A stretch of 64,000 nucleotides of DNA from an uncultured Gammaproteobacteria bacterium (GCA_963729605.1 CAVSNY010000002.1:128001-192000), one strand, 5' to 3'; shown: positions 38,777 through 50,168, counted from the first letter of the stretch. The notes: generated by a model not told the origin, from the sequence alone. Numbers and translations: made by a program.

Positions 38777-40956
38777 TCCGAAGGTGGAGCGCGGGGGTGG
38801 TGCCGATCGTCTTATTGTTCGGTCTGCTGCTGGTGTCGCTGTATCTGATGGCGCGCGCCACGCAAAACTCCGAGGAATTCGGGCGGCTGTACGTGGTACT
38901 GCTGGTCATCAATGTGCTGCTGTTGGTGGTGCTGGTGGTACTGATCGGCGCCAATATGGTCCGCCTGTGGCGGCAATACCGGGCGCAGGCCACCGGGGCG
39001 CGGCTCACCCTGCGGCTGGTGGTGATGTTCGTGGTGTTGGCCATGGTGCCGGTCAGCATGGTGTATCTCTTTTCGGTGGATTTTCTGCGGCGCGGCATCG
39101 ACAGCTGGTTCGACGTGCGATTCGAACGGGCGCTCGACGACGCCTTGGAATTGAGCCGCAATGTGCTCGACACCCGCATGCGCGACTTGATGCGCCGCAG
39201 CGAGGCGATCGCGGACGAGCTGGCGCACGTCGATGACGGCCAAATCGCCTCCACCTTGAACGAGTTGAGTCTCGACAATGAGGCGGGCGAAATAGCCTTG
39301 TTCACCCTGAGCGGCCGCATCCTCTCTTCGGTCGGCGGCAATCCCGCCAAGGTATTGCCCGCCTACCCCAGCGAGGCCATTCTGTTGCAGCTGCGCCAAG
39401 GAGTGCCGTATGTCGGCCTCGACCAAATTCCCGGCCAGGGTTTGAATATGCGGATCGTGGTGCCGATGAGCGGCGGCCGCCTGCTGCAGGCCTTGTATCC
39501 GGTGCCGGAGCGGCTGGCGACGCTCACCGCCAATGTGCAGGACACCTACACGCGTTACGACCGCCTGCAATATCTGCGCGAGTGGTTGAAATTCAGTTTC
39601 ATGCTCACCCTCTCGCTGGTCTGGCTGCTCAGTCTGCTCACCGCGGTGTGGGCGGCGTTTTACGCGGCGCGGCGCCTGGTGGCGCCGATCCGCACCTTGG
39701 CGATCGGTACCCGCGCGGTGGCCGCCGGCGATTACAGCCGCCGTCTGCCTTTGCCGAGCAACGATGAATTCGGCGTGCTGGTGCATTCCTTCAATGAGAT
39801 GACCGGCAAGATCGCCCTGGCCCAGGAAGAGGCCCGCCTCAGCCAGCGTCTCGCCGAAAGCGAGCGCGCCCATCTCGAGGCGGTGCTGGGGCGTTTGTCG
39901 TCCGGGGTGCTGGCGCTGGACGGCGATCAGGTGGTGCGCACGCTCAACGCGGCCGCCGGCCACATCCTCGGCGTGGCGGAGGAGGAGGTGCTGGGACGGA
40001 CGCTGGCGAGTATTGCGGAATCTCATCCCCACTTGGTGGGTTTGGTGGACATGCTCGGCTCGCATACGCGGCAAAACGTGAGTGAATGGCGCGAGGAGAT
40101 CACGCTGTTCGGCGCGGCGGGACGCCAGGTGCTGATCTGCGGCGGCGCCTTCCTGCCCGCCAGCGGCGATACCGGCGCCGGAACGGTGATCGTCTTCGAC
40201 GACATCACCGAACTGGTGCAGGCGCAGCGCAACGCGGCGTGGGGAGAGATGGCGCGCCGCCTCGCCCACGAAATCAAAAACCCGCTCACGCCGATCCGGC
40301 TTTCCGCCGAACGGCTGCGCCACAAATACCTCAAGGGCATGCCGCCCGCCGACGCGGACGTGCTGGACCGTTCCACCCACACCATCATGCAGCAGGTGGA
40401 CGCCATGCAAGAGATGGTGAAGTCCTTCTCCGACTATGCGCGCAGCCCCAAGCTCGAGCGGCGCGCGCTGGATATAAATCGCCTGCTCGATGAGGTGCTG
40501 GATTTGTACCGCGGCCACTCGCCGGTGCGTTGGATATTGGAGCTCGATCCGGACTTGCCGGCGGTGGAGGCCGACGCGGGGCGTTTTCGCCAGTTATTGC
40601 ATAACCTCATCAAGAACGCCTTGGAGGCCTTGGCCGAACGCGGCGACGCCTACGTGCGGCTGACCACCCGCCGGGTCGATCATTCCGGTTTTCCCTGCGT
40701 GGAGTTGCGGATCGACGACAACGGTCCGGGTTTTCCCGCTGATTTGGTCGGCCAGCTGTTCGAGCCCTATGTCACCACCAAGCACAAGGGCACGGGTCTG
40801 GGTTTGGCGATCGTGAAGAAGATCGTGGAGGAACACGGTGGGATGATCACCGCGGAAAATACGGTCAACGGCGCGTGTATCGTCATTCAATTACCCCTGG
40901 AAACCGCCGCCCCGGCCCACGGGGCGGCGAGTCCGCGGGAGGGAGAATCGGCATGA
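38773..40956 (+). CDS. ntrY: NtrY-like HAMP/PAS sensor histidine kinase
   Basis: TM segments, RGIDSWF, HAMP, PAS, H-box ARRLAHEIKNPLTPI, N-box NLIKNA and G-boxes. Confidence 0.88.
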   Translation: MIRRWSAGVVPIVLLFGLLLVSLYLMARATQNSEEFGRLYVVLLVINVLLLVVLVVLIGANMVRLWRQYRAQATGARLTLRLVVMFVVLAMVPVSMVYLFSVDFLRRGIDSWFDVRFERALDDALELSRNVLDTRMRDLMRRSEAIADELAHVDDGQIASTLNELSLDNEAGEIALFTLSGRILSSVGGNPAKVLPAYPSEAILLQLRQGVPYVGLDQIPGQGLNMRIVVPMSGGRLLQALYPVPERLATLTANVQDTYTRYDRLQYLREWLKFSFMLTLSLVWLLSLLTAVWAAFYAARRLVAPIRTLAIGTRAVAAGDYSRRLPLPSNDEFGVLVHSFNEMTGKIALAQEEARLSQRLAESERAHLEAVLGRLSSGVLALDGDQVVRTLNAAAGHILGVAEEEVLGRTLASIAESHPHLVGLVDMLGSHTRQNVSEWREEITLFGAAGRQVLICGGAFLPASGDTGAGTVIVFDDITELVQAQRNAAWGEMARRLAHEIKNPLTPIRLSAERLRHKYLKGMPPADADVLDRSTHTIMQQVDAMQEMVKSFSDYARSPKLERRALDINRLLDEVLDLYRGHSPVRWILELDPDLPAVEADAGRFRQLLHNLIKNALEALAERGDAYVRLTTRRVDHSGFPCVELRIDDNGPGFPADLVGQLFEPYVTTKHKGTGLGLAIVKKIVEEHGGMITAENTVNGACIVIQLPLETAAPAHGAASPREGESA

Positions 40957-42329
40957 GCACGGCGCATATTTTAGTGGTGGACGACGAGCGGGATATCCGC
41001 GAGCTGCTCAAGGAGATACTCGAAGACGAGGGCTACGAGGTGAGCACCGCCGAAAACGGCGGCGCGGCGCGACTGGCGCGGCGCGCGCGGCGGCCCGATC
41101 TGGTGCTATTGGATATCTGGATGCCGGACGTGGACGGCATCAGTTTGCTTAAAGAGTGGAGCGACGAGCGCGGACCGTCTTGTCCGGTGATCATGATGTC
41201 GGGTCACGGCACGGTGGAGACCGCGGTGGAGGCCACCCGGTCGGGCGCCTACGACTTCATCGAGAAACCCTTGTCGATGGCCAAGCTGCTGGTGACCATC
41301 GCGCGGGCCTTGGAGGCGCAGCGCCTGGCGCGGGAGAACATGGTGTTGCGCAAATACGCGCCGCCGGTCTTGGAGCCGCTGGGCAGGAGCGTGCCGATGC
41401 AGCAGTTGCGCGAACAGATCCAGCGGGTGGCGCAGCATGACGCCTGGGTCTTGATCAGCGGCGAGCCCGGCACCGGCAAGGGTTTGTGCGCGCGTTATCT
41501 GCATGCGTGCAGCGCGCGGCGCAACCATCCCTTCGTCGAAGTGGGCGCCGCCACCTTGCTCCGCGAGAATTCCGCCACGGAATTGTTCGGCGCCGAGACC
41601 GGCGGCAGGCTGCAATACGGTTTGCTGGAGCAGGCCAACGGCGGCAGCCTGTTTCTCGACGAAGTGGGCGACCTGGATTTGACCATCCAGGCCCGCTTAT
41701 TCGGCGCCTTGGAGAGCGGCGCCTGCCTGCGGGTGGGCGGCGTCGAACCGGTGCGGCTCGACGTGCGCATCATCGCCGCCAGCCACCGCGACTTGGCCCG
41801 CGAGGTGCAGGCCAAGCGTTTCCGCGACGATCTTTATTACCGCCTGGCGGTGGTGCCGCTGGCCGTGCCGCCGCTCCGCGAACATCCCGAGGACATCCCG
41901 GAATTATTGAATCATTACGTGGATCTGCTGGTGAATCAGGAAGGGCTGGCTTATCGCCGCTTCAGCGTGGCGACGCAAAATCGCTTGCGCCATCACGGCT
42001 GGCCCGGCAATATTCGCGAACTAAAAAATCTGGTGCAACGTTTGTTGATTCTGGGCGGCGGCGCGGATATCGGTCTCGACGAGGTGGAAGCCGCCCTGCT
42101 GGCGTTCGGCGATCAGGCCGCGGTGACGGCCGTGGGTGATTTTGATCTGCCTTTGCGCGAGGCGCGCGAACAATTCGAACGCGCTTATCTGGAGTATCAA
42201 TTGCGCGCGGCGGGCGGCAGCATGGGTAAAGTGGCGAAGGTGGCGGGGATGGAGCGCACCCATCTCTATCGCAAGCTGCGCGCCCTGGGGCTGAACCCGA
42301 AAGGGGGAAAGCCGGAAGAGGAGGAGTAA
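40953..42329 (+). CDS. ntrX: NtrX-like response regulator (REC-AAA+-HTH)
   Basis: ILVVDD, LDIWMP, GEPGTGK, FLDEV, WPGNIREL and ERTHLYRKL. Confidence 0.88.
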   Translation: MSTAHILVVDDERDIRELLKEILEDEGYEVSTAENGGAARLARRARRPDLVLLDIWMPDVDGISLLKEWSDERGPSCPVIMMSGHGTVETAVEATRSGAYDFIEKPLSMAKLLVTIARALEAQRLARENMVLRKYAPPVLEPLGRSVPMQQLREQIQRVAQHDAWVLISGEPGTGKGLCARYLHACSARRNHPFVEVGAATLLRENSATELFGAETGGRLQYGLLEQANGGSLFLDEVGDLDLTIQARLFGALESGACLRVGGVEPVRLDVRIIAASHRDLAREVQAKRFRDDLYYRLAVVPLAVPPLREHPEDIPELLNHYVDLLVNQEGLAYRRFSVATQNRLRHHGWPGNIRELKNLVQRLLILGGGADIGLDEVEAALLAFGDQAAVTAVGDFDLPLREAREQFERAYLEYQLRAAGGSMGKVAKVAGMERTHLYRKLRALGLNPKGGKPEEEE

Positions 42330-42427
42330 TCCGCCGGCGGCGGGATTTCCATCCCACGACCACCCTTTACTCTGATGAGGCAAGGGATCCAGTGATTTGC
42401 CGGCGCCAATAGCGGAGAAGATATAAC

Positions 42428-43801
42428 GTGAAAATCATCATACTCGGCGCCGGGCAAGTGGGTTCTTCGGTGGCGGAGGCCTTGGTTTCCGAGGCCAACG
42501 ACATCACCGTGGTCGATGCGGAGTCGCAAAAACTCCGTGATCTGCAAGACCGTTTCGATCTGCGCACCGTGACCGGCCATGCCGCCCACCCCGAGGTATT
42601 AAGGCGCGCCGGCGCCGAAGACGCCGACATGATCCTCGCCGTCACCAACAGCGACGAGACCAACATGATCGCCTGTCAGGTGGCCTACACCTTGTTTCAC
42701 ACCCCCACCAAGATCGCGCGGGTGCGGGCTCGCGATTATCTGGCCCATCCGCAACTCTTCACCCAGGAGGCGCTGCCCATCGACGTGTTGATCAGCCCCG
42801 AGCAGGTGGTGATCGACTACGTGCAACGCCTGATCGAGTACCCCGGCGCCCTGCAGGTGCTGGATTTCGCCGGCGGCAAGGTGCGGCTGGTGGCGGTGCG
42901 GGCCTATTACGGGGGGCCGCTGGTGGGGCACGAGCTGCGCGAACTGCGCAATCACATGCCCGGTGTGGACACCCGGGTGGCGGCGATCTTTCGCCGCGGC
43001 AAACCGATCATTCCCGAGGGCACTACCGTCATCGAAGTGGACGACGAAGTCTTTTTCATCGCCGCGCGCAAGCACATCCGCGCCGTGATGGGCGAGCTGC
43101 GCAAACTCGACAAACCGGTCAAGCGGCTCATCATCGCCGGCGGCGGCAACATCGGCCGCGGTTTGGCGCGGGCCCTCGAAAACAGTTATCAGGTTAAACT
43201 CATCGACCACAATCCCGGCCGCAGCCGCGAAATCGCCGAGGAGGTCAGCAAAACGATCGTGTTGCTGGGCGACGCCGCCGATGAAGAGCTGCTGCTGGAA
43301 GAGAATATCGAAAATACCGACGTGTTCTGCGCGGTGACCAACGACGACGAGGCCAATATCCTGTCGGCGATGCTGGCGAAGCGCTTGGGCGCGCGCAAGG
43401 TGATGTCGCTGATCAACCGCGCGGCCTATGTCGATCTGGTGGAGGGCGGCGATATCGACATCGCCATCTCGCCGCAGCAGGCCACCATCGGCAGCCTGCT
43501 CGCGCACGTGCGGCGCGGCGACGTGGTGGTGGTGCATTCGCTGCGGCGCGGCGCGGCGGAGGCCATCGAGGCGGTGGCCCACGGCGATAAGCGCACGTCC
43601 AAGGTGGTGGGCCGCGCCATTCAGGATATCAAACTGCCGCCGGGCACCAATATCGGCGCCATCGTGCGCGGCGAAGAAGTGCTGATCGCCCATCACGACA
43701 CGGTGATCGAAGCGGAGGATCACGTCATCCTGTTCCTGGTCGATAAACGCCGCATCGGCGAGGTCGAACGTTTGTTTCAGGTCGGGATTACCTTTATTTG
43801 A
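42428..43801 (+). CDS. trkA: Trk potassium uptake NAD-binding subunit
   Basis: Two RCK domains with GAGQVG and GGGNIG. GTG start. Confidence 0.96.
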   Translation: MKIIILGAGQVGSSVAEALVSEANDITVVDAESQKLRDLQDRFDLRTVTGHAAHPEVLRRAGAEDADMILAVTNSDETNMIACQVAYTLFHTPTKIARVRARDYLAHPQLFTQEALPIDVLISPEQVVIDYVQRLIEYPGALQVLDFAGGKVRLVAVRAYYGGPLVGHELRELRNHMPGVDTRVAAIFRRGKPIIPEGTTVIEVDDEVFFIAARKHIRAVMGELRKLDKPVKRLIIAGGGNIGRGLARALENSYQVKLIDHNPGRSREIAEEVSKTIVLLGDAADEELLLEENIENTDVFCAVTNDDEANILSAMLAKRLGARKVMSLINRAAYVDLVEGGDIDIAISPQQATIGSLLAHVRRGDVVVVHSLRRGAAEAIEAVAHGDKRTSKVVGRAIQDIKLPPGTNIGAIVRGEEVLIAHHDTVIEAEDHVILFLVDKRRIGEVERLFQVGITFI

Positions 43802-43937
43802 ACGGCGGCGGAAAATGATAAGCAGCAGCAGCGGGCAGTAAAGATACCAGCATCAACAGTGAGGCCGCATTTAAAAATGAGTTCAATGAGTTCATCGAAT
43901 ATTTACCGCCAGCCGTTTGCCGCTCGCTGCTGATTCC

Positions 43938-45389
43938 ATGCAACTGCAAGTCGTCCAGCGTATTCTCGGTCTCCTGCTCATGATGTTCAGCATCACCATG
44001 CTGCCGCCGGTGGTGGTGGCCTGGTGGTATCAGGACGGCGGAATGATGGCCTTCTTGCTGGGTTTCGTCATCACGCTCGGCGTGGGCTTTTTGTGTTGGG
44101 TGCCGGTCCGCCAAGTCCGCCGTGAATTGCGGGTGCGCGACGGCTTCGTGGTGGTGACGATGTTTTGGGTGGTGCTCGGTTTCTCCGGCGCGATTCCCTT
44201 GATGTTGTCGGAACGGCCGGAGATGTCGTTCACCAACGCGGTGTTCGAGTCGTTGTCGGGACTCACCACCACCGGCGCGACGGTGCTCACCGCCATCGAT
44301 GATTTGCCGCACTCTATTTTGTGGTACCGCCAGCAACTGCAATGGTTGGGCGGCATGGGCATCATCGTGCTGGCGGTGGCGATCCTGCCGATGCTGGGCG
44401 TGGGCGGCATGCAGCTTTATCGCGCCGAGACGCCGGGCCCGATGAAGGACGCCAAACTCACGCCGCGCATCACCGAGACCGCCAAGGCGCTCTGGTACAT
44501 CTATCTCGGCCTCACCGTGGCCTGCGCCACGGCCTATTGGGCGGCGGGCATGGAGGTCTTCGACGCCATCGCCCATGCCTTCTCCACGGTGGCGATCGGC
44601 GGATTTTCGACTCATGATCTCAGCATCGGGTATTTCAACAGCGGCTTGATCGAAGCGGTGGCGATAGTATTCATGCTGCTCGCGGGCGTGAATTTCTCGT
44701 TACATTTTTTGGCGTGGCGCTCTCTCAGTCTCAAGCCCTACTTCGGTGATGCGGAATTCAAGACCTATCTCATCGTATTGGCGGTAGTGGCGTCCGTCAC
44801 CACCGGCTATTTGTACGGCAGCGGCACCTTTGGCGATGTGGATTCGGCGCTGCGTCACGGCCTGTTTCAAGCCGTGTCCATCGGTACCACCACCGGTTTC
44901 ACCACCACCGATTACCACAACTGGCCGGGCTTTCTGCCGGTGATGCTGCTGTTCACCAGCTTCATCGGCGCTTGCGCCTTCTCCACCGGCGGCGGCATGA
45001 AGGTGATCCGCATATTATTGCTGGTCAAACAGGGCATGCGCGAGATCAAACGGCTGATCCATCCCAATGCCCAGTTCGTGATTAAAATCGGCGGCAAGCC
45101 TTTGCCCGACAATGTGGTCGAGGCGGTGTGGGGATTTTTCTCCGCTTACGTGGCGGTCTACGTGATCATGCTGCTCATGCTCATGTTCACCGGCCTCGAT
45201 CAGATCACGGCGTTTTCCGCGGTGGCGGCCTGTCTGAATAATCTGGGGCCCGGTCTCGGCGAAGTGGGGGCCAATTACGCCTCCGTTAACGCGCCCGCCA
45301 AGTGGATACTGTGTTTCGCGATGGTGATGGGGCGGCTGGAGATTTTTACCTTGCTGGTTTTGTTCACCCCGGCTTTCTGGCGTAGATGA
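43938..45389 (+). CDS. trkH: Trk potassium channel membrane subunit, paralog 1
   Basis: FESLSGLTTTGAT, QWLGGMGI, AIGGFS, TTTGF, NNLGPG and GRLEIF. Confidence 0.95.
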   Translation: MQLQVVQRILGLLLMMFSITMLPPVVVAWWYQDGGMMAFLLGFVITLGVGFLCWVPVRQVRRELRVRDGFVVVTMFWVVLGFSGAIPLMLSERPEMSFTNAVFESLSGLTTTGATVLTAIDDLPHSILWYRQQLQWLGGMGIIVLAVAILPMLGVGGMQLYRAETPGPMKDAKLTPRITETAKALWYIYLGLTVACATAYWAAGMEVFDAIAHAFSTVAIGGFSTHDLSIGYFNSGLIEAVAIVFMLLAGVNFSLHFLAWRSLSLKPYFGDAEFKTYLIVLAVVASVTTGYLYGSGTFGDVDSALRHGLFQAVSIGTTTGFTTTDYHNWPGFLPVMLLFTSFIGACAFSTGGGMKVIRILLLVKQGMREIKRLIHPNAQFVIKIGGKPLPDNVVEAVWGFFSAYVAVYVIMLLMLMFTGLDQITAFSAVAACLNNLGPGLGEVGANYASVNAPAKWILCFAMVMGRLEIFTLLVLFTPAFWRR

Positions 45390-45468
45390 TCGCCCCGCGA
45401 AGCGGTTGGTACTGCGGGTCACTCTCCAAAGTGGCCGGATATCGATGATCGAGCGGGCCGGATAAGAC

Positions 45469-46920
45469 ATGCAGCTAAGTGTCGTGCAGCGGATTCTGGG
45501 TATCCTGCTGATGGTATTCAGCATCACCATGCTGCCGCCGGTGGCGGTCGCCGGCTGGTATGGCGATGGCGCCATGCTGCCTTTTTTGCTGGGCTTCGCG
45601 ATCATTTTCGGCACCGGATTTCTGTTCTGGGCGCCGGTGCGCAAGGCGCGGCGCGAACTGCGGGTGCGCGACGGCTTCGTGGTGGTGGCGATGTTCTGGT
45701 TCGTGCTGGGCCTCGCCGGCGCCATTCCGCTGATGTTGTCGGAGCGGCCGCACATGTCCTTCACCAACGCGGTGTTCGAGTCGGTGTCGGGGCTCACCAC
45801 CACGGGGGCCTCGGTGCTGACCGGCCTCGATCAACTGCCGCACGCCATCAACTTCTATCGCATGGAACTGCATTGGCTGGGCGGCATGGGCATCATCGTG
45901 CTGGCGGTGGCGATCCTGCCGATGCTGGGCGTCGGCGGCATGCAGCTCTATCGCGCCGAGACGCCGGGGCCGATGAAGGATGCGAAACTCACGCCGCGCA
46001 TCGCCGAGACCGCCAAGGCGCTGTGGTACGTCTATCTCGGCCTCACCGCGGCCTGCGCGCTCGCCTTCTGGCTGGCGGGCATGGGCGGCTTCGACGCCGT
46101 GGTGCACAGCTTCACGGTGTTGTCGACCGGCGGCTTTTCCAGCCACGACGCCAGCCTTGGTTATTTCGACAGTCCGTTGATCGACGCCATCGCCATCGTC
46201 TTCATGCTGTTCGCGGGCGCCAATTTCGCATTGCATTTTATCGCCTGGCGTTCCTTGAGCGTGGACGCCTATCGCGCCGACTCCGAGTTCAAGGCCTACC
46301 TGCTCGCGCTGGCGCTGATCAGCCTCGTCGTCATCGCTTATCTCTACGGCACCGGCACCTTCGAGGACCTGGGCGACGCCGCCCGTCACGGGATCTTTCA
46401 CGTGGTGTCCATCGGCACCAGCACCGGCTTGCTGACCACGGGGTTCGGCGAGTGGCCGGGATTTTTGCCGGTACTCCTGCTGCTGGCGAGTTTCATCTGC
46501 GGCTGCGCGGGTTCCAGCGCGGGCGGTCTCAAGATGGTCCGCTTCGTATTGCTGGTGAAGCAGGGCGCGCGGGAGGTCATGCGTCTGATTCACCCCAGCG
46601 GCGTCCTGCTGATCAAGATCAACGGCAGGCCGCTGCCGGAACGGGTGATGCAGGCGATATGGGGATTTTTCTCGATGTATGTCGCGGTATTCGTGGCGCT
46701 GATGCTGGGCCTGCTGATCACCGGCCTCGATCAGGTCACCGCCTTTTCCGCGGTGGTCGCGTGTATCAACAACATGGGCGTGGGCCTGGGCGAGGTCGGC
46801 GCCAACTTCGGGTCGATCAATGAGCCGGCCAAATGGATCTTGTGCGCGGCGATGATCTTGGGCCGTTTGGAGATCTTCACGCTCTTGGTATTATTGTCCC
46901 CGGCATTCTGGCGCAAATAA
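45469..46920 (+). CDS. trkH: Trk potassium channel membrane subunit, paralog 2
   Basis: FESVSGLTTTGAS, HWLGGMGI, STGGFS, TSTGL, NNMGVG and GRLEIF. Confidence 0.93.
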   Translation: MQLSVVQRILGILLMVFSITMLPPVAVAGWYGDGAMLPFLLGFAIIFGTGFLFWAPVRKARRELRVRDGFVVVAMFWFVLGLAGAIPLMLSERPHMSFTNAVFESVSGLTTTGASVLTGLDQLPHAINFYRMELHWLGGMGIIVLAVAILPMLGVGGMQLYRAETPGPMKDAKLTPRIAETAKALWYVYLGLTAACALAFWLAGMGGFDAVVHSFTVLSTGGFSSHDASLGYFDSPLIDAIAIVFMLFAGANFALHFIAWRSLSVDAYRADSEFKAYLLALALISLVVIAYLYGTGTFEDLGDAARHGIFHVVSIGTSTGLLTTGFGEWPGFLPVLLLLASFICGCAGSSAGGLKMVRFVLLVKQGAREVMRLIHPSGVLLIKINGRPLPERVMQAIWGFFSMYVAVFVALMLGLLITGLDQVTAFSAVVACINNMGVGLGEVGANFGSINEPAKWILCAAMILGRLEIFTLLVLLSPAFWRK

Positions 46921-46938
46921 ACACAGCGAGGCAGCGCG

Positions 46939-47556
46939 ATGATCGATCGAATCACCCAGGACAGATGGGACAGCCGTTACCGCGACATGGGTCTGCCCGG
47001 CGCGCCGGCCACGGTGTTGCTGGAGAACGGCCATCTGCTGCCCGGGCACGGCATCGCGCTGGATTTGGCCTGCGGCCTCGGCGCCAATAGTCTGTTCCTG
47101 GCGGAGCGCGGTCTGGTCACTCACGCGTGGGATATCTCACCGGTGGCGGTGGAGAAGCTGCGGTCCATCGCGGCGGAACGCAAACTGCCGGTGCAGGCCG
47201 ACGCCAAGGACGTGCTGCGCGAAGCCATTCCGCCCGCGCAGTTCGACGTGATCGTGGTCTCGCATTATCTGGAGCGCGCCCTCACCCAGCCGATCATGCA
47301 CGGCCTCAAGGTCGGCGGCCTGCTGTTTTATCAAACCTTCACCCGCACCGCGGTGAGCGACGAAGGTCCGGAAAAACCCGAGTGGCGGCTTGCCGACGGC
47401 GAACTGCTGACGATGTTCGCGCCGCTGCGGCCCATCGTCTATCGCGAGGAAGGCCGCGTCGGCGACATCACGCGAGGTTTTCGCAACAAGGCGCTGCTGG
47501 TGGCGATCAAGGAAACGGCGCACGGCGGCGACTGTCTGAAAGCGATGCGGGACTGA
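46939..47556 (+). CDS. Class I SAM-dependent methyltransferase (TehB-like)
   Basis: ALDLACGLG, WDIS, FDVI and LKVGGLL motifs. Confidence 0.85.
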   Translation: MIDRITQDRWDSRYRDMGLPGAPATVLLENGHLLPGHGIALDLACGLGANSLFLAERGLVTHAWDISPVAVEKLRSIAAERKLPVQADAKDVLREAIPPAQFDVIVVSHYLERALTQPIMHGLKVGGLLFYQTFTRTAVSDEGPEKPEWRLADGELLTMFAPLRPIVYREEGRVGDITRGFRNKALLVAIKETAHGGDCLKAMRD

Positions 47557-47650
47557 CCGAAAAAACCATCGCGAACGGCTGACGCGGCGGGTACGCCCCG
47601 GCGCGCCGCGCGGCTGGCCGCCCCCCTCACTGAATTAATAGGAGTTTCAA

Positions 47651-48292
47651 TTGGACCTGCTGTTGCATTTCTTGGATATGATGTTGCACCTCGACCGTTA
47701 CCTCACCGAGCTGGTGACCGATTACGGGCCGTGGGTGTACGGTATTTTGTTCCTGATCATCTTTTGCGAAACCGGCCTGGTGGTCACGCCGTTTCTGCCG
47801 GGCGATTCCTTGCTGTTCGTGGCGGGCATGCTGGCCGGCGCCGGCCTGCTCGATCCGACCTGGCTGATGCTGCTGCTGATACTCGCCGCCATCCTCGGCG
47901 ACAGCGTCAACTACAGCATCGGCCGCTGGGTCGGTCCTGCGGTGTTTCGCAAGGAAGAAGGGCGTTTCTTTAAAAAGAAACACCTTGAACATACCCAGCG
48001 CTTCTACGAAAGACACGGCGGCAAAACCATCATCATCGCCCGTTTCGTGCCTATCCTGCGTACCTTCGCGCCTTTCGTAGCGGGCATCGGCAATATGGTT
48101 TACCGGCGCTTCCTGGCGTATAACGTGGCCGGCGCGATACTCTGGGTCGTTTCTTTAGTGACGGCGGGTTATTTTCTCGGCGACCTGCCGGTGATCAAAG
48201 ACAATCTCACCGCGGTCATCTTCGGCATCATCTTCCTCTCCCTCCTGCCGGGTTTGATCGAATATTGGCGGCATCGCCGCGCGGGGGGATGA
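47651..48292 (+). CDS. dedA: DedA-family membrane protein
   Basis: [16 protein letters not shown] and [19 protein letters not shown] start after AGGAG. Confidence 0.93.
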   Translation: MDLLLHFLDMMLHLDRYLTELVTDYGPWVYGILFLIIFCETGLVVTPFLPGDSLLFVAGMLAGAGLLDPTWLMLLLILAAILGDSVNYSIGRWVGPAVFRKEEGRFFKKKHLEHTQRFYERHGGKTIIIARFVPILRTFAPFVAGIGNMVYRRFLAYNVAGAILWVVSLVTAGYFLGDLPVIKDNLTAVIFGIIFLSLLPGLIEYWRHRRAGG

Positions 48293-48512
48293 CCATGTCC
48301 TTAGGCCGATGTAAAAAATGGCGTACCAGCAAGCGGAGCCGGACCCCGCGCCCGTCAATCCAGCACCCCGGCCGATCCTTCGCGTGGGCGGCGCCCTGCA
48401 GCGCGCCGGCGCCAGGGGCCGGTCAGGCCGCCGCGAGGGAACGACGTGCCGCGCTATTCACTTGTGCCGGGCGGCTGGGTACCATGCCTTTTTTATTCGA
48501 GGTGCCGACGAC

Positions 48513-49304
48513 GTGAGTCACATTGAAGATTTACTGGCCATCATGGCCCGCTTGCGTGACCCGCGCGAGGGCTGTCCCTGGGACCGGGCCCAGGATTTCA
48601 CCACTATCGCCCCCCACACCCTCGAAGAGGCCTACGAAGTCGCCGATGCCATCGCCCGCAAGGACATGACGGACCTCAAGGACGAATTGGGTGATCTGTT
48701 GTTCCAAGTGGTATTTCACGCGCGCATGGCCGAAGAGGCCGGCCATTTTCGTTTCGAGGACGTGGTGCAGGCCATCGTCGACAAACTTACCCGCCGTCAT
48801 CCCCATGTCTTCGGGGACGCCAAAATCGGCAGCGCCGCGGAACAAAGCGATGCCTGGGAAGAAAGCAAGGCGGCCGAGCGTGCCGCGAAGGCGCAAGGCC
48901 GGCCGCCTGGCGCGCTCGACCATGTGCCGGTAACGCTGCCGGCCATGAGCCGCGCGGTGAAGATCCAGCGCCGGGTTTCCCGGGTCGGTTTCGATTGGAA
49001 CGACCCGCTCAAGGTGCTGGAGAAAATCGCCGAGGAGAGTGAGGAGGTGCGCGAGGAGCTCGGCGAGCGCAACCCCGACCGCTTGCGCCACGAGATCGGC
49101 GACCTGCTGTTCGCCTGCGTCAACCTCGCGCGTCACGTGGACGTGGACCCGGAAACCGCCTTGCGCGAGACCAATCTGCGCTTCGAGCGGCGCTTCCGCC
49201 GTATTGAATCCTTGCTCGCGGAAAAACAGTTGCACCCTCAGCGCGTCAGCTTGGAGGAAATGGAGACGCTGTGGCGCCAAGCCAAGCGCGAGGAAAAGGC
49301 TTGA
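48513..49304 (+). CDS. mazG: Nucleoside triphosphate pyrophosphohydrolase MazG
   Basis: GCPWD, EEAYEV, ELGDLLFQ, RRHPHVF and second-domain EIGDLLF. GTG start. Confidence 0.95.
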   Translation: MSHIEDLLAIMARLRDPREGCPWDRAQDFTTIAPHTLEEAYEVADAIARKDMTDLKDELGDLLFQVVFHARMAEEAGHFRFEDVVQAIVDKLTRRHPHVFGDAKIGSAAEQSDAWEESKAAERAAKAQGRPPGALDHVPVTLPAMSRAVKIQRRVSRVGFDWNDPLKVLEKIAEESEEVREELGERNPDRLRHEIGDLLFACVNLARHVDVDPETALRETNLRFERRFRRIESLLAEKQLHPQRVSLEEMETLWRQAKREEKA

Positions 49305-49547
49305 GTGGCGGGCGCGGGCCCGGCGCGGACCTTGCGTCATGAGCAAACGCGGCGTCCTCCCCCGTGCGAAAAAAGTAGGCCTTTCTTTACGTGCGGCCCC
49401 GGCGTTTGCCCGAGGGCCACGGCACATCGTCGCAAGGGCGATGGCCGCGGGTGGCTTGCTCGCGTGGGCGGCCATCGCCACGGGCGCGGCATTGACTCCC
49501 CGACGCGAGCAAGGTATACAGCGCGCTGCCCAATTGGAAGCCCGGCC

Positions 49548-50168
49548 ATGATTAAGTTACGTACATATGTTTTCATCGACTCGCTGCAGCCGCAGCTGGC
49601 CGAATATCTAGGTACCGTCTCGCAGGGCTTTCTACCCATTCCCGGTGATGCCTGCCTGTGGCTGGAAGTCGCGCCGGGCATGGCCATCCACCGCCTCACC
49701 GACGCCGCGCTCAAGGCCACGCGCGTGCGGCTCGTGCAGCAAGTCGTCGAGCGGGCCTTCGGCTCCATGTTGATCCACCATCGCGATCAGAGCGACGTGC
49801 TCGAGGCCGGGCACATCGTGCTCAATCATCTCAAGACCAAGGAGGAGGCGCGGCAGAAGTGCCGTATCGCCTGGGCCGAAACGATTCGTTCCATCACGCC
49901 CGATCATGCCGTGGTCATCAATCGCCAGGACCGCCGCGGCTCGATGATCCTGCCCGGGCAAAGCATGTTCATCCTCGAAACCGAGCCCGCCGGTTATATC
50001 GTTTACGCCGCCAATGAGGCCGAGAAGGCCTCCAACATCACCCTCGTCGACGTCAAGGCGGTGGGCGCCTTCGGCCGCCTCACCCTGGCCGGCAAGGAGG
50101 CGGATATCGACGCCGCCGCTCATGCCGCCATCGATGCCCTTCATCATCTCTCGGGCGTGGAAAATTAA
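49548..50168 (+). CDS. csoS1D: Tandem-BMC (BMC-T) carboxysome shell protein CsoS1D/CcmP-like
   Basis: [42 protein letters not shown] and GAFGRL. Confidence 0.9.
   Translation: MIKLRTYVFIDSLQPQLAEYLGTVSQGFLPIPGDACLWLEVAPGMAIHRLTDAALKATRVRLVQQVVERAFGSMLIHHRDQSDVLEAGHIVLNHLKTKEEARQKCRIAWAETIRSITPDHAVVINRQDRRGSMILPGQSMFILETEPAGYIVYAANEAEKASNITLVDVKAVGAFGRLTLAGKEADIDAAAHAAIDALHHLSGVEN

Noticed and set aside
38812-40518. 568-aa minus-strand ORF and similar long antisense or off-frame ORFs over topA, trkA, trkH, cbbL, csoS2 and csoSCA
   Set aside because: They mirror well-supported genes, have Arg/Ala/Gly/His-biased composition and show no domain signatures.
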